Source of the DNA: the human T2T-CHM13v2.0 reference genome, Homo sapiens
Length of the DNA stretch: 64,000 nucleotides
Assembly: GCF_009914755.1 (NCBI RefSeq)
Contig: NC_060930.1
Strand: one strand, 5' to 3'
In this document: positions 15,870 through 28,619 of the stretch, piece by piece
Position numbering within the stretch: position 1 is the first letter of the stretch
How the letters are laid out: every line of letters begins with the position of its first letter
Position numbers and translations under genes: made by a program
Notes under the pieces: model-generated
What the model was told of the DNA's origin: nothing
Databases searched by the model: none
What the model saw: the letters and a program-made list of their open reading frames with translations, nothing else

Positions 15870-16991
15870 TAGCACAGAGGCTTTTATACCAAATAGAAGA
15901 TTGTGCCCCCTTTTAATGTGGTGACTAAACATTTTAGAAATAAAAAATTCTACCAAATTAAATAGAAACTAACCGATACAACTAAAACCATATATTTAAG
16001 AAAACAGAAAAAGAAGGCCAAGGGATTATTATTGTTAAGTCTGTGAAAGGGTTGCACTTAATCCACAACTAGAGGAAAGCATGTTCTGTTTCAAAGGAGC
16101 TGTTCTGCGAGCACTCGATTAGATGTCTTACTTCCGCAGCCCTGTGATCCTCAGATATGTAACGTTACCAATTAGAACCAACACTTACACTGCCTCTGAA
16201 GTTCTAGAGTTGCTATTACTAAAAACACATACTTTTAGACCAAAAAGAAGCTTCATACCATGGCTTGAGTAAAACACCAACAATGCCGAGAGCTTCCTGT
16301 CCCTTTGGCTTGGTGGTTATCACTGCAACAAAAATAGTGAAATTTTGAAAGCAAAAGTTTATTTTAAATTGTACATATTTTTAAAAGCACTACAGTAAGA
16401 AAATATGTCCACATATCTCTCTGTCTTATATATCAGTTATCTCTCTGCCCATCCACTGCACCTACCCACCTGTTAAGCTGCCCTGTAAACCTCAACAAGC
16501 AGGAGGTGAACTGCCATTTAAAAGTTACAACATTTTCTGTCTGTAGAGATAAAGATCTCATCTCACCTTTAAGACAGACTGTGGCTTTGCTTGGGAAAAG
16601 TTACCATCATGGACACTTTAATTACATCAGAGATAAGATAGGTACTGCTTTGTATTTTGGGGAGGGAGGGCAGATAAACTGTTGTCATTTAAGCCAGATA
16701 TAAATGTTTTTACATTGACACATTGTTCTAGTCTGTTCAGTAATGCAAACTGTACATTGATGAAACAGGGCAAGCTTAGCCCCAGACTTTTCTGCCCACC
16801 TATTTTTTTGCAAGGGGTGTGTATGAGAGATGAGAAAGAAATCTATCCCAACCTTGTGTGATCATGCTGCAATTGCTTCAGCCTCTTCCCAGCAGTTGTC
16901 CTCATGTTAGTTGTTGTTTGCGGGGTCTGGAGTTGAGGCCCCATGTAGAAAGGGCACACAGGTGTGCAGAGAAGGTGAAAAGCACAGGTCA

Positions 16992-17288
16992 GACCGGGCA
17001 CGGTGGCTCACACCTGTAATCTCAGCACTTTGGGAGGCCGAGGTGGGTGGATTGCCTGAGCTCAGGAGTTCAAGACCAGCCTAGGCAACATGGTGAAACC
17101 CTGTCTCTACTAAAAATATAAAAAATTAGCAGGGAGTGTTGGCATGCCCTTGTAATCCCAGCTACTGGGGAGACTGAGGCACAAGAATCGCTTGAACCCA
17201 GGAGGCAGAGGTTGCAGTGAGCCAAGATTGCACCACTTCATTCCAGCCTTGGGGACAGAGTGAGACTCTGTCTTAAAAAAAAAAAAAA
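16992..17288 (+). mobile_element. AluS
   Basis: Full-length Alu with poly-A; degenerate TSD aaaagcacaggtca/aaaagtacagatca. Confidence 0.93.
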
Positions 17289-18694
17289 GTACAGATCAAC
17301 CTTCACTTGAAGGTCAATGGTCGACGGTATTCTCATGAGTAAACATGATATCCTGGTACCAGGTTGTTGCTTCAGATGAGATTGTCTCATGTGGGCAAGG
17401 ACAGCTCCTCACCTGCAGACCAAGTGGTGTTTGGTTAAAAAAATAAATAAATAAAAATAAAAAGCAAGCTCTCTGTTGCAAAGAATAGAGAAAATGATCC
17501 TGGGTCCATCATCTAGCCTGAGGAACCCTTGATACATGATGATTTTTTCAGAATTCACAGGGTTTTCTTGATGAATAACTAATCAAAAGAATGATAAATA
17601 TTAACACATGTGAAACCAACGGAGAGTTTATAATGACAGTGTTATATCATGTCATACGAAATGGACTTCCCCTCTCATGGTAAGTGAAATTTCTCATGGG
17701 ACATTCCATTCTCTCAGGAAAACCCCTGCTCCCTGCAGCCCCCTACCCAGACATTTTTCAGTGTCTTCAGATCCAGTTCAATTTCAGTTTTGCATGAAAG
17801 AGTGAATAACAAAAACAAATGAAAGCAGTGCAAAGCTCTGCACTAGGGAAGAGCTCAACAGTGACACTCGGCAGGCAGGCAGAAGCATCTTTAAGGAGGG
17901 CCGCCCTAGCCCAGTCACTTCTTTGAGCTGGGGCTTCCCTTGCTGTCCTCCCTTCTGTCTTCACTTCTGGGCTGCCCCCTGGTCCCTGCAGGCATTTGAA
18001 GAAGGAGAAGTGTGCCTCAGAGAGGGTAGCTGACGGTGCAGGTGCAGCAAGCACAGATGGTTAGGACCCTCTGTGCAGGGACACTTCGGGTCCATTTCCT
18101 GCTGTCCACGAGACTGCAGTCCACATGATCATTTTGAACAGGATTTTAAGAGAGTTGGAGACCTCAGAAAGAGTACCACATACAAGGCAAATGGTAAGAC
18201 CTTCTGGCCATGTCTCCTTCCGCCCAGGCAAGTTAGGCTGAGGAAGCAATGCCCAAGCTCTTGTCTTACAGGAGTCCTGTCAAACACTGATGAAAATGAT
18301 GATTATTCTCCTGAGATTAAAAAGGCATTCGTGGTTCAGATTTTGTTAACTGTTTTGGGCTGGAGTCATCAACCATAAAATGTTGTTTTTGTTTTGTTTC
18401 GTTTTTAAACCATGAAAAGTTTTAAGGGCCTAGTTTGTTGTCCCAGGTAGACCTTCCTTTGTAGAGACAGGGAAGTAGATGGGCCAAGTCAGACCATTCC
18501 ACACACGGAAAATGAACACAAGCAACTTCCATGATGGCCATGCATAAGTCAGGCATGGTTTCTTACCAAAGATCAAAAAACAACATGATGCCAAGAGGCA
18601 GAACCACAGAGAGTCTTGTGCTCTGCCAAGTACGGCTATGGCTGTAGACCAAGGGGTGGAGTACAGCAATACACGGAAGCATTGTGTGCAAGGA

Positions 18695-18743
18695 CTCTCT
18701 CCTCTCTCTCCTCTCTCTCTCCTCTCTCTTTCTCTCTCTCTCT
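18695..18743. repeat. Imperfect (CT)n microsatellite
   Basis: Direct reading. Confidence 0.9.
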
Positions 18744-19834
18744 GTTGAGTGTGCCCTATATCTGTTTCAGAAACAAAAGACAACAGGATTCTGGTTACTC
18801 CTAGAGAGCCATCTCACATGGAAACTACATTGCTCAAGAAAAGGAAACATGAGGAGATGCAGTATTGATGGAGTCTCTGGCATATCAAAGGATGAATTAT
18901 TTGTGATCCTTATGCCTGGACAAATTCAACAGCCTCCCAGATGTATTTCTTTCCTAAATCAACAAACATCTACATAGTTCCCCACACACTAGGGACTATC
19001 TTAGATGCTGGATACTGAGATTGATTAACAACTGGTCCCTGCCCTCAGGCAGCTACCATTTGGGGGAAAACAACAGTTGTCCTGAGAATACACAGGCATG
19101 TATGTTCTGACCTGCAGGCTGATAATAATGTGACCTCCAAATTTTAGGAACCAGGGCTCTGTCTTATTTCCCCTTTGCTTGGCACTGTTTTATAATCTGC
19201 CTGATAACTTCATTCCTGCAAGCCTCTGCCAATCCTCCCAGGAACTCTGTCCACAGACTTTTGTTGACTCCCAACTAAATGCCTGAGAACATTTTCCCTT
19301 TACCTGCTCCCAGATTCTCTGCCCTCCCAGTCATTTACCTGGATATCCATTCCTCTTGCTGCTCTTCCCTGACCCCACACTCTCCAGATATCCGTGCTGA
19401 GATCTGAGCCCCGCAAATCTCTTCAGCGAAAGGAGGAAACCACGTTCATAATTAGAAGACTGCTTGGAAGGCTGGAAATTGTGACCTTTGAAGAGTTGAG
19501 GTCGTATACCACAGGGGCCCATCCTCATGGTCAGGCTGTTCTGCATGGCCTTGAGAACTCAGGTATTCAACTGGGCAGCCTCTCTCTGGACAATGCTGGA
19601 GAAACAGAGAAAATGTTTTGTGCTTTTGCTTCCGTAGTTCCAGGTTCCACCTTTTTTCTTCTTTCCACAATTCATTAGATTCTCACTTTCTTTTACTTTT
19701 AGTCAGGCTTTGGCTAGATTAGATCTTCATTTTAACTTCTTGTTCTCAATTTGTTAATAATGAACAATTGTGGCTTAAGAATTCTGCAGAGAACTAACAT
19801 GATCTATTAGTGTAGATTTAGCTGGTTATTGAGG

Positions 19835-20003
19835 AGAGGGGGTTGGAGACATTTCTGATTGTCATGACTGAGAGGGTGCTACTGAAATGTAATGAGCACA
19901 AGTCAGAGATGCTTCTGAACATTCTGCAGTGCACAGGACAGCCTTCTAGAGCAAAAATGTATCCAGCCTCAAATGTCAGTTTTGCCGAGGTTGAGAAACC
20001 CTG
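19835..20003. mobile_element. MER20 hAT-Charlie fragment
   Basis: ggagacatttctgattgtcatgactg...aaatgtcagttttgccgaggttgagaaaccctg. Confidence 0.7.
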
Positions 20004-20561
20004 GACTGCAATATGTTCAAGAGGCCAGTGAAGATTACATAATTACTTCTCTGTTGGATAGAGGTTAATCTTGATGCTCTGAAATTATCACTAACACCTA
20101 TAATGATTTGGCTAACTCTAATGGTTGAGCTTCTGCTTGCGGGCTTTTAAACACCGCCACCTTAAAGTTTAAGGTTACTGCTCACTAAATACACTATTAA
20201 CCAGTTATCCTTAACCATGTGTAAGTATGGACTCAGCTATCCTACACACTCTGTAGACCATTCCTTATTGTGCACACATGAAGGCTTGACTTCTTTCGGA
20301 GTTGTTGCCAAAATTTGTGATGTTGGCAGAACTGAGAGGAAGAAAATAACAAGAAGAAAAGTGGAAGTAAAAATCTTACATAGTGTGAAAATCCACCAGG
20401 CTTGTGATGCCTTAAAATTTTTATGAGTGAGATAAAGCACAAATGAATAGAGATTCTACTATGGATGTGAAATACGCCAGCTTTGTTGAAGTGTTTCCCT
20501 TCTTCCTTTCTTTCCATAATCAAGAGCTAGAGAGTAAAAGTCATAGAACTGCAAGACATGA

Positions 20562-21062
<501 letters not shown>

Positions 21063-21889
21063 TGATAGGAACTCTGGGCATGTGGACCTTTTAGGCCATA
21101 CTGAATGCTGATTTTGACGGTAAGGAGGAAGCCATGGCAGGTTCTGAGTTTAGGGGGAAAAGCAGATGGTCCAAGCTGGAGAAATATATCTACAAGAAGA
21201 GTATGAATAAGAGAGAAATATTGCAAGTGGATGACAGAAGAAAAAAATCAGTATGAATTTGTCATTCATGGTCAAGTACCAGTTTATGAACTGGTTGTGT
21301 TCTTAAACGTTCATCTGACTGTTGGATGAATGGCCCAAGGAGGGCAGAAGGCTGCAGAAGTAATTCATTGGTTGCTGGATAGAAGCTTCAAAAATTCACA
21401 GTTTAATGCTCTTGTTTTAAAGAGAAAAAAAAAGCTAGCTCAGAAAAGTTGATCATCTTGCTCAAGACCTCCTTAAGAATTAGAAATAGAGGCTGATTAC
21501 TGGGATTCCCCAGGCAGTCCACTAACGATTCTGTGTTGTCTCTAAGCAGGAAGGTGGTAAAAACAGTTACTTAATGGCAGTGTGTGGCAGAGGGGAAAGG
21601 GCAGGCTGTCCAGGTGACTGAGAAGCAGGCGGGAGAAGAGGAAGTGAAGGCAGTGAAGAAGGAACACTCTCCCAAAACAAGAGGCAGAAAGGGCACTCCG
21701 GGTCTGGGTCCCATTCTACCTAGAGAAAACATGCAAGCGCATATTGATTGAGGGCTTTCTACACGGGGGGTTTTGATACCATTTGTTGCCCAGAAGATAT
21801 GGGGTACAAGTACAGAAATGGCGACAGATGGAGTCTACAAGCTCTTTCCAAACGTTCACATTCCTCAGAACCTCACCCGTTTTCTCGGC

Positions 21890-22410
21890 CACAAGAAATT
21901 ATTAATTTATTTGACAAATATTTTAAAAATCACTATTTTGTGCTAGATTTTGTCCCAGGCCACATGGCTGTATTACTGAATAAGACAACTTTTTTTTTTT
22001 TTAATCTGAAAGTTGCTGGCTAGTGAGACAGATAAAAAGAAAGCAAATACATGTATTTCCGATCAATAATACGGAGTAATATGATAGTGACTGGAGGACC
22101 AACCTGGAATTGGGTGGTTAGGAAAAGCCTCTTAGGAGAGATGGCATTTGGGCTGATACCTCAGCGATAACAGGCAGGTATGCAGAGAGCTGGCGATCCA
22201 GGTGTCTGGATAGAGAGCACAGCCCAGCAAGCCTGACAGGCTCAAGGAACAGACAGGAGACCAGCATGTGTGTAACTCGCTTAGCAAGAAGATAAAATGA
22301 AGTCAGCAGGGGTGAGCCAGGGCACGTCAGATTGACGCATGTACTCATTCAGCAAATATTTATTAAGCACCTACTATGTTCAGGACATTGTTGAGGATAC
22401 ATAAATTAAG
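21890..22410. mobile_element. L2 fragments
   Basis: ttgacaaatattt...tgtgctag; ggaaaagcctctt..gagatggcatttgggctga; cattcagcaaatatttattaagcacctactatgt. Confidence 0.55.
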
Positions 22411-22932
22411 AAGAAAAACCACTGGCTCAAGGATTCTGTCGCTGGAGAGAAACTTCAGAGTTTAATAACGTTGATAGAACACCCAAAACAATTCTGCTAC
22501 AGTTTAGAAATTGATCCATTCCAGACAGAACCACAATGCAGACATTAAGGGACACACATCATCTAAGGCCGTGAGGTCTGAGGTCAGAGATCCAGCCATC
22601 TGCTCCCCCAGGGTAGGGAGGTCGGGCCTCCCCGGGGTGAGTCACGTAGCCCACCTCTCCCCACCAGGCGAGGCTTCTCGGTCTTGGTGCATGGGGCAGG
22701 GCCGCAGGAAATCCCCCAGCCTAAATCTGCCGCACTCAGAAAACCCAGGCAGGGGAGCCCCCAGAGACCAGGCCTCTGATTAGCACCTGATTCACGGAGG
22801 CAGCCAAGGCTGGGTAGCGACTGCTGGTAACTGGCCCCCGGAGTCGCCCCAGGGGAAAAGGCCAAAGGGGGATCTGGAGACCCCCGGCCGGGGAGCGGGC
22901 TCCGAGACGAGCGCAGCCGCCCGGTCAGGGCA

Positions 22933-22942
22933 GCGCCTGCGC
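22933..22942. promoter_or_regulatory. NRF1 motif
   Basis: GCGCCTGCGC fits GCGCnTGCGC in the CpG island. Confidence 0.5.
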
Positions 22943-23116
22943 GTCCGCCAGGCCCCGCCCCGCAGCCTCGGGTGTCCCGGCGGGGCGGCTCGGGCCGCGC
23001 ACGCGCTCTGGCCTCCGGGGCCGGCCGCCTGGGAGCCCGAGCCTAGTGCCTCCCACGCCCGGCGGCCGCGAGCCGGGGTCCGCGAGGGCGGAGTGGGGCG
23101 CGGCAGCCAGGAACCC

Positions 23117-23137
23117 GACTACGAATCCCAGGGTGCG
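23117..23137 (+). promoter_or_regulatory. ZNF143/THAP11-type (ACTACAnnTCCCA) promoter motif
   Basis: GACTACGAATCCCAGGGTGCG; a second degenerate copy ACCATTTCCCGGCAT at ~23206-23220. Confidence 0.6.
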
Positions 23138-23417
23138 GGCGGGCGGAGCGAGGAGGGACGCTGGGCCTGCCCGGTGCGCACGGGGGCGGGGACCGGCAAG
23201 GCGGGACCATTTCCCGGCATAGGCTCCGGTGCCCCTGCCCGGCTCCCGCCGGGAAGTTCTAGGCCGCCGCACAGAAAGCCCTGCCCTCCACGCCGGGTCT
23301 CTGGAGCGCCCTGGGTTGCCCGGCCGGTCCCTGCCGCTGACTTGTTGACACTGCGAGCACTCAGTCCCTCCCGCGCGCCTCCTCCCCGCCCGCCCCGCCG
23401 CTCCTCCTCCCTGTAAC

Positions 23418-23426
23418 ATGCCATAG
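23418..23426 (+). other. Minimal upstream ORF (Met-Pro-stop)
   Basis: AAC ATG CCA TAG, A at -3, ending 49 nt before the DUSP22 ATG; relevant only for transcripts starting upstream of 23418. Confidence 0.5.
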
Positions 23427-23475
23427 TGCGCCTGCGACCACACGGCCGGGGCGCTAGCGTTCGCCTTCAGCCACC

Positions 23476-23496
23476 ATGGGGAATGGGATGAACAAG
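23476..23496 (+). CDS. DUSP22: DUSP22 coding exon 1 (MGNGMNK; N-myristoylation peptide)
   Basis: Optimal Kozak GCCACCATGG, 7 codons, donor AAG|GTAACG at 23497, inside a CpG island; peptide matches the DUSP22 N-terminus. Confidence 0.97.
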
Positions 23497-25357
23497 GTAA
23501 CGTCTTCCCTCGTTCGCGCTGGGTTTGCCTCCGCTCCGACGCCCTGCCGTCTCGCCGGCGTCGGCTGCCCGACGACTCGAGCCCGGGGTGCCCTTTCCCG
23601 CGGTGGGGACGGGCGCGGAGGGAGGGGCGGCGCGCCTGGGCGGCGACCGCGGAGTCGGGGTTCGGAGGTGTTCCCGCCCCCACCCCACCCGGCTTCCGGG
23701 TAGGCAGCCCCCAGCCGCCTGCCTTGCCAGCCGGTGCGTTTTCGTGGCTGAAACAAGCCGCGCCCTTTGAAAGCGTTGACACTTGTTCTGCCGAGAGGTC
23801 AGCTGAGCTCCGAATGGATGTGGCTTCTTTTTTGCCCTCCTCTTCGCTCCCAAACTACGCTCTTGAAGCCACCACCGCCCCCCCCACATCATTAGTAAAC
23901 GGGTGTCCTCTGTAATTTCCTCTTTCTCCTCAGATTCTGTGTGTGTGCCTGTGAGCACAGAGAAGTTTTTCTTGTGGACAGAGAAGTTAACAGAGTCCTA
24001 AGTCCTGAGCTGTTTCTAGATAGTGGGGAGGAGAGAAAAGATTCAGAGTTGATTAGGTTATGTGACTTCTGCAACAAGGGCAACCTGTTGCTGGCTGCTT
24101 GCGCTGATGAGGCCTTCTGGAAAATCTGTGTTGCTCCATTTGTCCCGTCCGTTTCTGGGCCCCACCCTGTGTTCTTTTGTTGCCCGCACCTCACTTCCCG
24201 GGCGGTGGGCTAGCCTTTCCCGTCCAGGGAAGTTGCCAGATTCCAGCTCTGGCAGCTGAGAGTTGCCGGGGTGTATTCATGTGAACCACAGGGTTAAGGA
24301 TTTTGTTACTTGGTACTTGGCTGGTTTCGAGGAAGGATTGACAAGACTTTACAAAGCCCGCAACAAAGACAAGTACCTTTTTACGGGTCTTTGAATGGTC
24401 CTGGATTAGATGAGTCGTCTTTCTGCTTCACTTTTTCATTGCGCTCCACCCACCCACATCTCTACATGCCGTCAGCTTCCACACTGGGTGGGGATGGCAA
24501 TGTGGCTGTGTTTTTTTTCATGTCCCTCAGCACTGGGTCAGCAGTGGTTTGGGTGTTGGGGCTGGAGTGTTGCAAATGCGGATTCACGGTAGGGCAGGGA
24601 AAACCTAGCTAACTTTTCACGTGCGCATGTCGTGTTTATTGTGTCCTGGTTACCCAGTTTGTGAAAGAACTATTGTGTGTTTGGGACCTGCATATCAATA
24701 CTGGGGTATTTTGGTAAAGAGAATTGTATTCACTTTTTTTTTTTTTTTTTTTTTGGCGAGTGATCAAGTTTGGAAACAGACTGTCTCTCTCTTGGATAAA
24801 TACTTGTATTATATTCCGATGAGCACTGGAATCCATCAGCACCACGAGCCTTCTGCTTTTTAAATTAAAACAGAACAATAAAGATGGTCATCATAAGTCT
24901 GTGGGCTCCGTTTGCCTTCCCATTGGTGGTGGTATCTCAGCTTTCCTTTGGCTGTTTCTAGTTTTCCCACTTGAGCTGTTCACTCTCCACCGTTTTCAGC
25001 ATTTAATTTATAGTATTTGTGTAATACAATTCAAAAAATATATTTAGGAATACAGATGGTTGCCTAAGGGATCAACGTTATTTTCATGCTTTTCAACAAA
25101 AGCAGTAATATTCATATACTTTTTACCTTTCAAAATGGGTAATAAATTTCTTGACTTTTATTATCTTGTGAATAGAGACTCACAGTGTATCAATGAAGAA
25201 ATATATGTATAGAGAGATTTAGAGACTTCCCTGCTTCAACACTTATTGATTATGTACATACTATGAGCCAGGTGTTGTGCTAGTGGGTGAGGAGGGAGGC
25301 AAAGGGAGTACAGTGGTAAATGACCCAAAGATTCTTCACAGAACCTTCAGTACAGGT

Positions 25358-25702
25358 CAGCATTGTCCAGCACTAATATGATGCGAGCTATATGTGTAAC
25401 TTAAAATGTTCCGGTAGCCACATTAAAAAATAAACCGGTGAAATTAATTTTAATAATATATTTTATTTAACAATATATTAAAACTATTGTTTCAACATGT
25501 AACCAATATATAAAGTTATTCATGGAAGATTCCATGTTTTTTACTATGTCTTTGTGAAAGGAAAAATCTCGGGACCCCCAGATCACTTAACCTTCAAAGT
25601 CTAGTGTGTATTTTATGCCTAAATCACATCTCATTTTGGACTAGCCACATTTGGAGTACTCGATAGTCACTGTGGCTAATGGCTGCTGTGTTGCACAACA
25701 CA
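25358..25702. mobile_element. MER33-like hAT-Charlie element carrying a ~38-bp LTR-like insert
   Basis: cagcattgtcca...gtagccacattaaaaaataaa...ggactagccacattt...gtggctaatggctgctgtgttgcacaacacag. Confidence 0.7.
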
Positions 25703-26429
25703 GGGTGTGTATGTGTGTGGGGGTGAGAGAGAGAACAAACACAAGGTAGGGAGGAGTAGAGGCTCCAGAGGATAAAATAGGCAATTTCAGAAAAGTGGGG
25801 AAAGCAGAAGATGGGATGAAAGTGACCTAGAAGGGGCATTCAGCCCAGGCAAGGAATCCTGCTGCAGTAAACATGTTTAACGTGAGATCAGGAGGAACTA
25901 CCCCAAATCACAAGGTTCATTAGTGGCAAAGTAGATCGCAGGAGGCCAGTAACTTAAGAACCTTAACTAGAACTTTTCCATATATTACTGTGTGACTTGG
26001 AACGAGGCTTCATCTGTAAAACAAGAAGAATGGTTGATTTGCAGAATCAGCGGAAGGTGCTACCCCTAGAAATCCTTTTCTAAGAACATTTATAAATATG
26101 TGCAATGTCTTTGGAACTAACATAACTTGGAATGTGTGTGCCCTGAGGTTACTGGGACAAGATTTCTTTCCAATCTCGTACACATTGGTCATTTTTGGCA
26201 AAAGAGCATTTCTGGTCTAAACAGTGCACGCTGCATTCTGAGTGCTTTGGGACAGCAGTTTTTATCATTCACATCCCTGTGGTGGCTCTTCTTGTCGGTC
26301 CGTTCCGGGCTCCTGTACGGCGGAATATTGTGCCCGTTTCCGTTAGGTGTACGCAGCAGATTATACAGAAGATGGAGGGGAAAAAGGCTTTTATATTCTA
26401 GAAAATTAAAGATGAGGAAATAAAGACAG

Positions 26430-26754
26430 GACTGGGCGTGGTGGCTCGTGCCTGTAATCACAGCACTTTGGGAGATTGAGGCAGGTGGACTGCTTGAGTC
26501 CAGGAGTTTAGAACCAGCCTGGGCAACATGGCAAAACCCTCTTTCTACCAAAAATACAAAAAAAAAACCCACAAAAACAAAGCAATCAGCCGAGTGTGTG
26601 GTGGCTTGTGCCTGTAGTCCCAGCTACTTGGGAGGCTGAGGTGGGAGAATCACCTCAGCCCGGGAAGTCTAGGCTGGAGCGAGTCGTGATTGTGCCACCG
26701 CAGTCCAGCCTGAGCGACAGAGCGAGACCCTGTTTCAAAAAAAAAAAAAAAAAA
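26430..26754 (+). mobile_element. AluJ
   Basis: Diverged Alu with ctgcttgagtccaggagtt..cctgggcaacatgg, expanded middle A-tract, poly-A tail. Confidence 0.88.
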
Positions 26755-28414
26755 CCCAACAACAACACAGTTGTGAACCATTTTTTTTAACACTTTATAA
26801 AATCTCAGCCTCACGGTAGCCCTATGAGGTCAAACGACCTTATATTTGCCCAGATTGGGGAATGGAGATTTGGAGAGGTTAGGTAGCATAAGTAATGCCA
26901 GGCAGGGCAGAACCCAGTCTCCACTGATTTTGAAGATAGGAAAAGTCTTTCCTTTGAGCTGAGATGCTAATTCATCCCAAGTAAGTTTTAAAATTCCTAA
27001 AAAGTAACTTGAAAAGGTCCTCATAGCTTCGATTACTTGTCAAATAGCCAAAATCACCTCCTCTCTTCCTTTATGTTTGACATTGATAAGGAAGGGGGTA
27101 ATTACAGGCAAGAAACTAAAACTTTTTTTTTATTGTTTTTGTTTGTGTGTGCAGTTCCTAGGTAGATGCCCCACACTGGCCAAAATTATAATCGCCAATG
27201 AGTTTATGGTGTGTTTTGAGTACTTTACCACATAGAGTAAGCCACAACTCCATGAAGTAGATCCTGTTATTTTCATGCCTGTTTTCTGGTTGTACACAGA
27301 GGCTAAGGGAACTGCCAGGGTCACCCAGCTGGTGAGTAGCAGAGCCTGGACTCAAAGCCACAGTCTGGCTCGGCCACAATGCAGAGTGCCTCACCACGCT
27401 GCTAAGATATTAGTCTAGTAAATGTCTCTGGTAAGATTAGGGTTAAACTAAACAGGGTGTTGCATGCAAATGTCGTGTTCCTGTGGAGCCTTTGAAAACT
27501 CCTAGTTGACTCAAAGTTCTCTCGAGTCTGAACCCTCAAATCTTTTGGGGGAGAGCCTATAAACAAAACTCCTATCCTCACTGTCTACTTATTAGTCTTC
27601 AGTACTACAATACCCCATTAAAAACAAAACAAACGACTAGTCTCTAGCCAAACATTATGTCAGAGAAGGCTGCCCCAAATGCTTCTCATGTGCAAGAAGT
27701 CTTTATCTTGATCAGCCTAAAAGTGGGCTGAAGCCTTGCATTCTAGGGCAGGATATGAGGACCCTCTGGTTGGCATCTTGCCCTCCACTGACTGCCAGGG
27801 TTCGTTTAGCTCATCAAGCATCCGGCCTGCCTGGTCTTGTGGCCTCTTCCTTCCTCCCTGCTGTGTGTCCTCTGAAAGCACCCTGCCTGGTGGGAATGGC
27901 TGCCATCCCTGTCCTTCTCGGGAAGCCTCTCATGGTGCTGGGAGGCCTCACTTCAGTGGGTGCATCTTGTTTCCATGGGGAGCGCACTGTTGCTAAGAGG
28001 GGCTGGCTAACAAAAAGCCTGATCTGGGGCACCTCCACCACTGCTGCTTCATGGGTGTGATCCTGAAGAAGTCACTTAAATGTTTCTAAGCTTCAGGATT
28101 TTTTTCCTTCCTGGATTCATAGATGTATAGAACTAAGAAACCTTAGGTGGTTAGCTAATCCAGTCTCCTTACTGGCTGTAAAATGAGGGTAATGATACCT
28201 TCCCCAATTACTAATTGGGTTATTGGGAGAAGCAAATGGGAATTTATTAGAACACATTTTTCCAAACTGTGAAGTGCAAATACAGTCTGTTTTGAGTGTT
28301 CTTGGATGTGACTGACACTTGTTTGAGGATGGCTCTTGCCCTGTTAGGAAGATGAGGGAGTATAGTTGGGAAAGGATTATAATTCAAAGAGAATATGTTC
28401 CCTCTAGGCATAGA

Positions 28415-28619
28415 CCGGTGTTCCTCAACGGCTACACCTGTAGACATTTCAGGATAATTACTTGTGAGACTGCCATGTGGATTATGAGAGGTTTAGCAAC
28501 ATCTCAGATCTTCACCCAATAGTTGCCAGTAGCACCTCCCCACCTGTGACAACCAAAAATGTCCCTGATGTTGGCAGATATCCCCTGGGGAGTGAAATCA
28601 TCCCCAGTTGAGAACCACT
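28415..28619. mobile_element. MER20
   Basis: gtgttcctcaac...gtgacaaccaaaaatgtccc...cccagttgagaaccact. Confidence 0.75.

Larger units (their letters stand above)
22830..23780. promoter_or_regulatory. DUSP22: CpG island / TATA-less promoter of DUSP22
   Basis: Very high GC and unsuppressed CpG spanning exon 1; GC boxes (GGGGCGGGG ~23183-23191, GGGCGGAG ~23086 and ~23141, CCCCGCCC ~23384-23399). Confidence 0.93.

Noticed and set aside
23476-23703. 75-aa ORF MGNGMNKVTSS...
   Set aside because: Only the first 7 codons are exonic; the rest is read-through into intron 1
22925-23782. 285-aa minus-strand ORF and other overlapping ORFs across the promoter
   Set aside because: Arg/Gly/Pro/Ala-rich with no recognisable domain; expected from stop-codon scarcity in a CpG island
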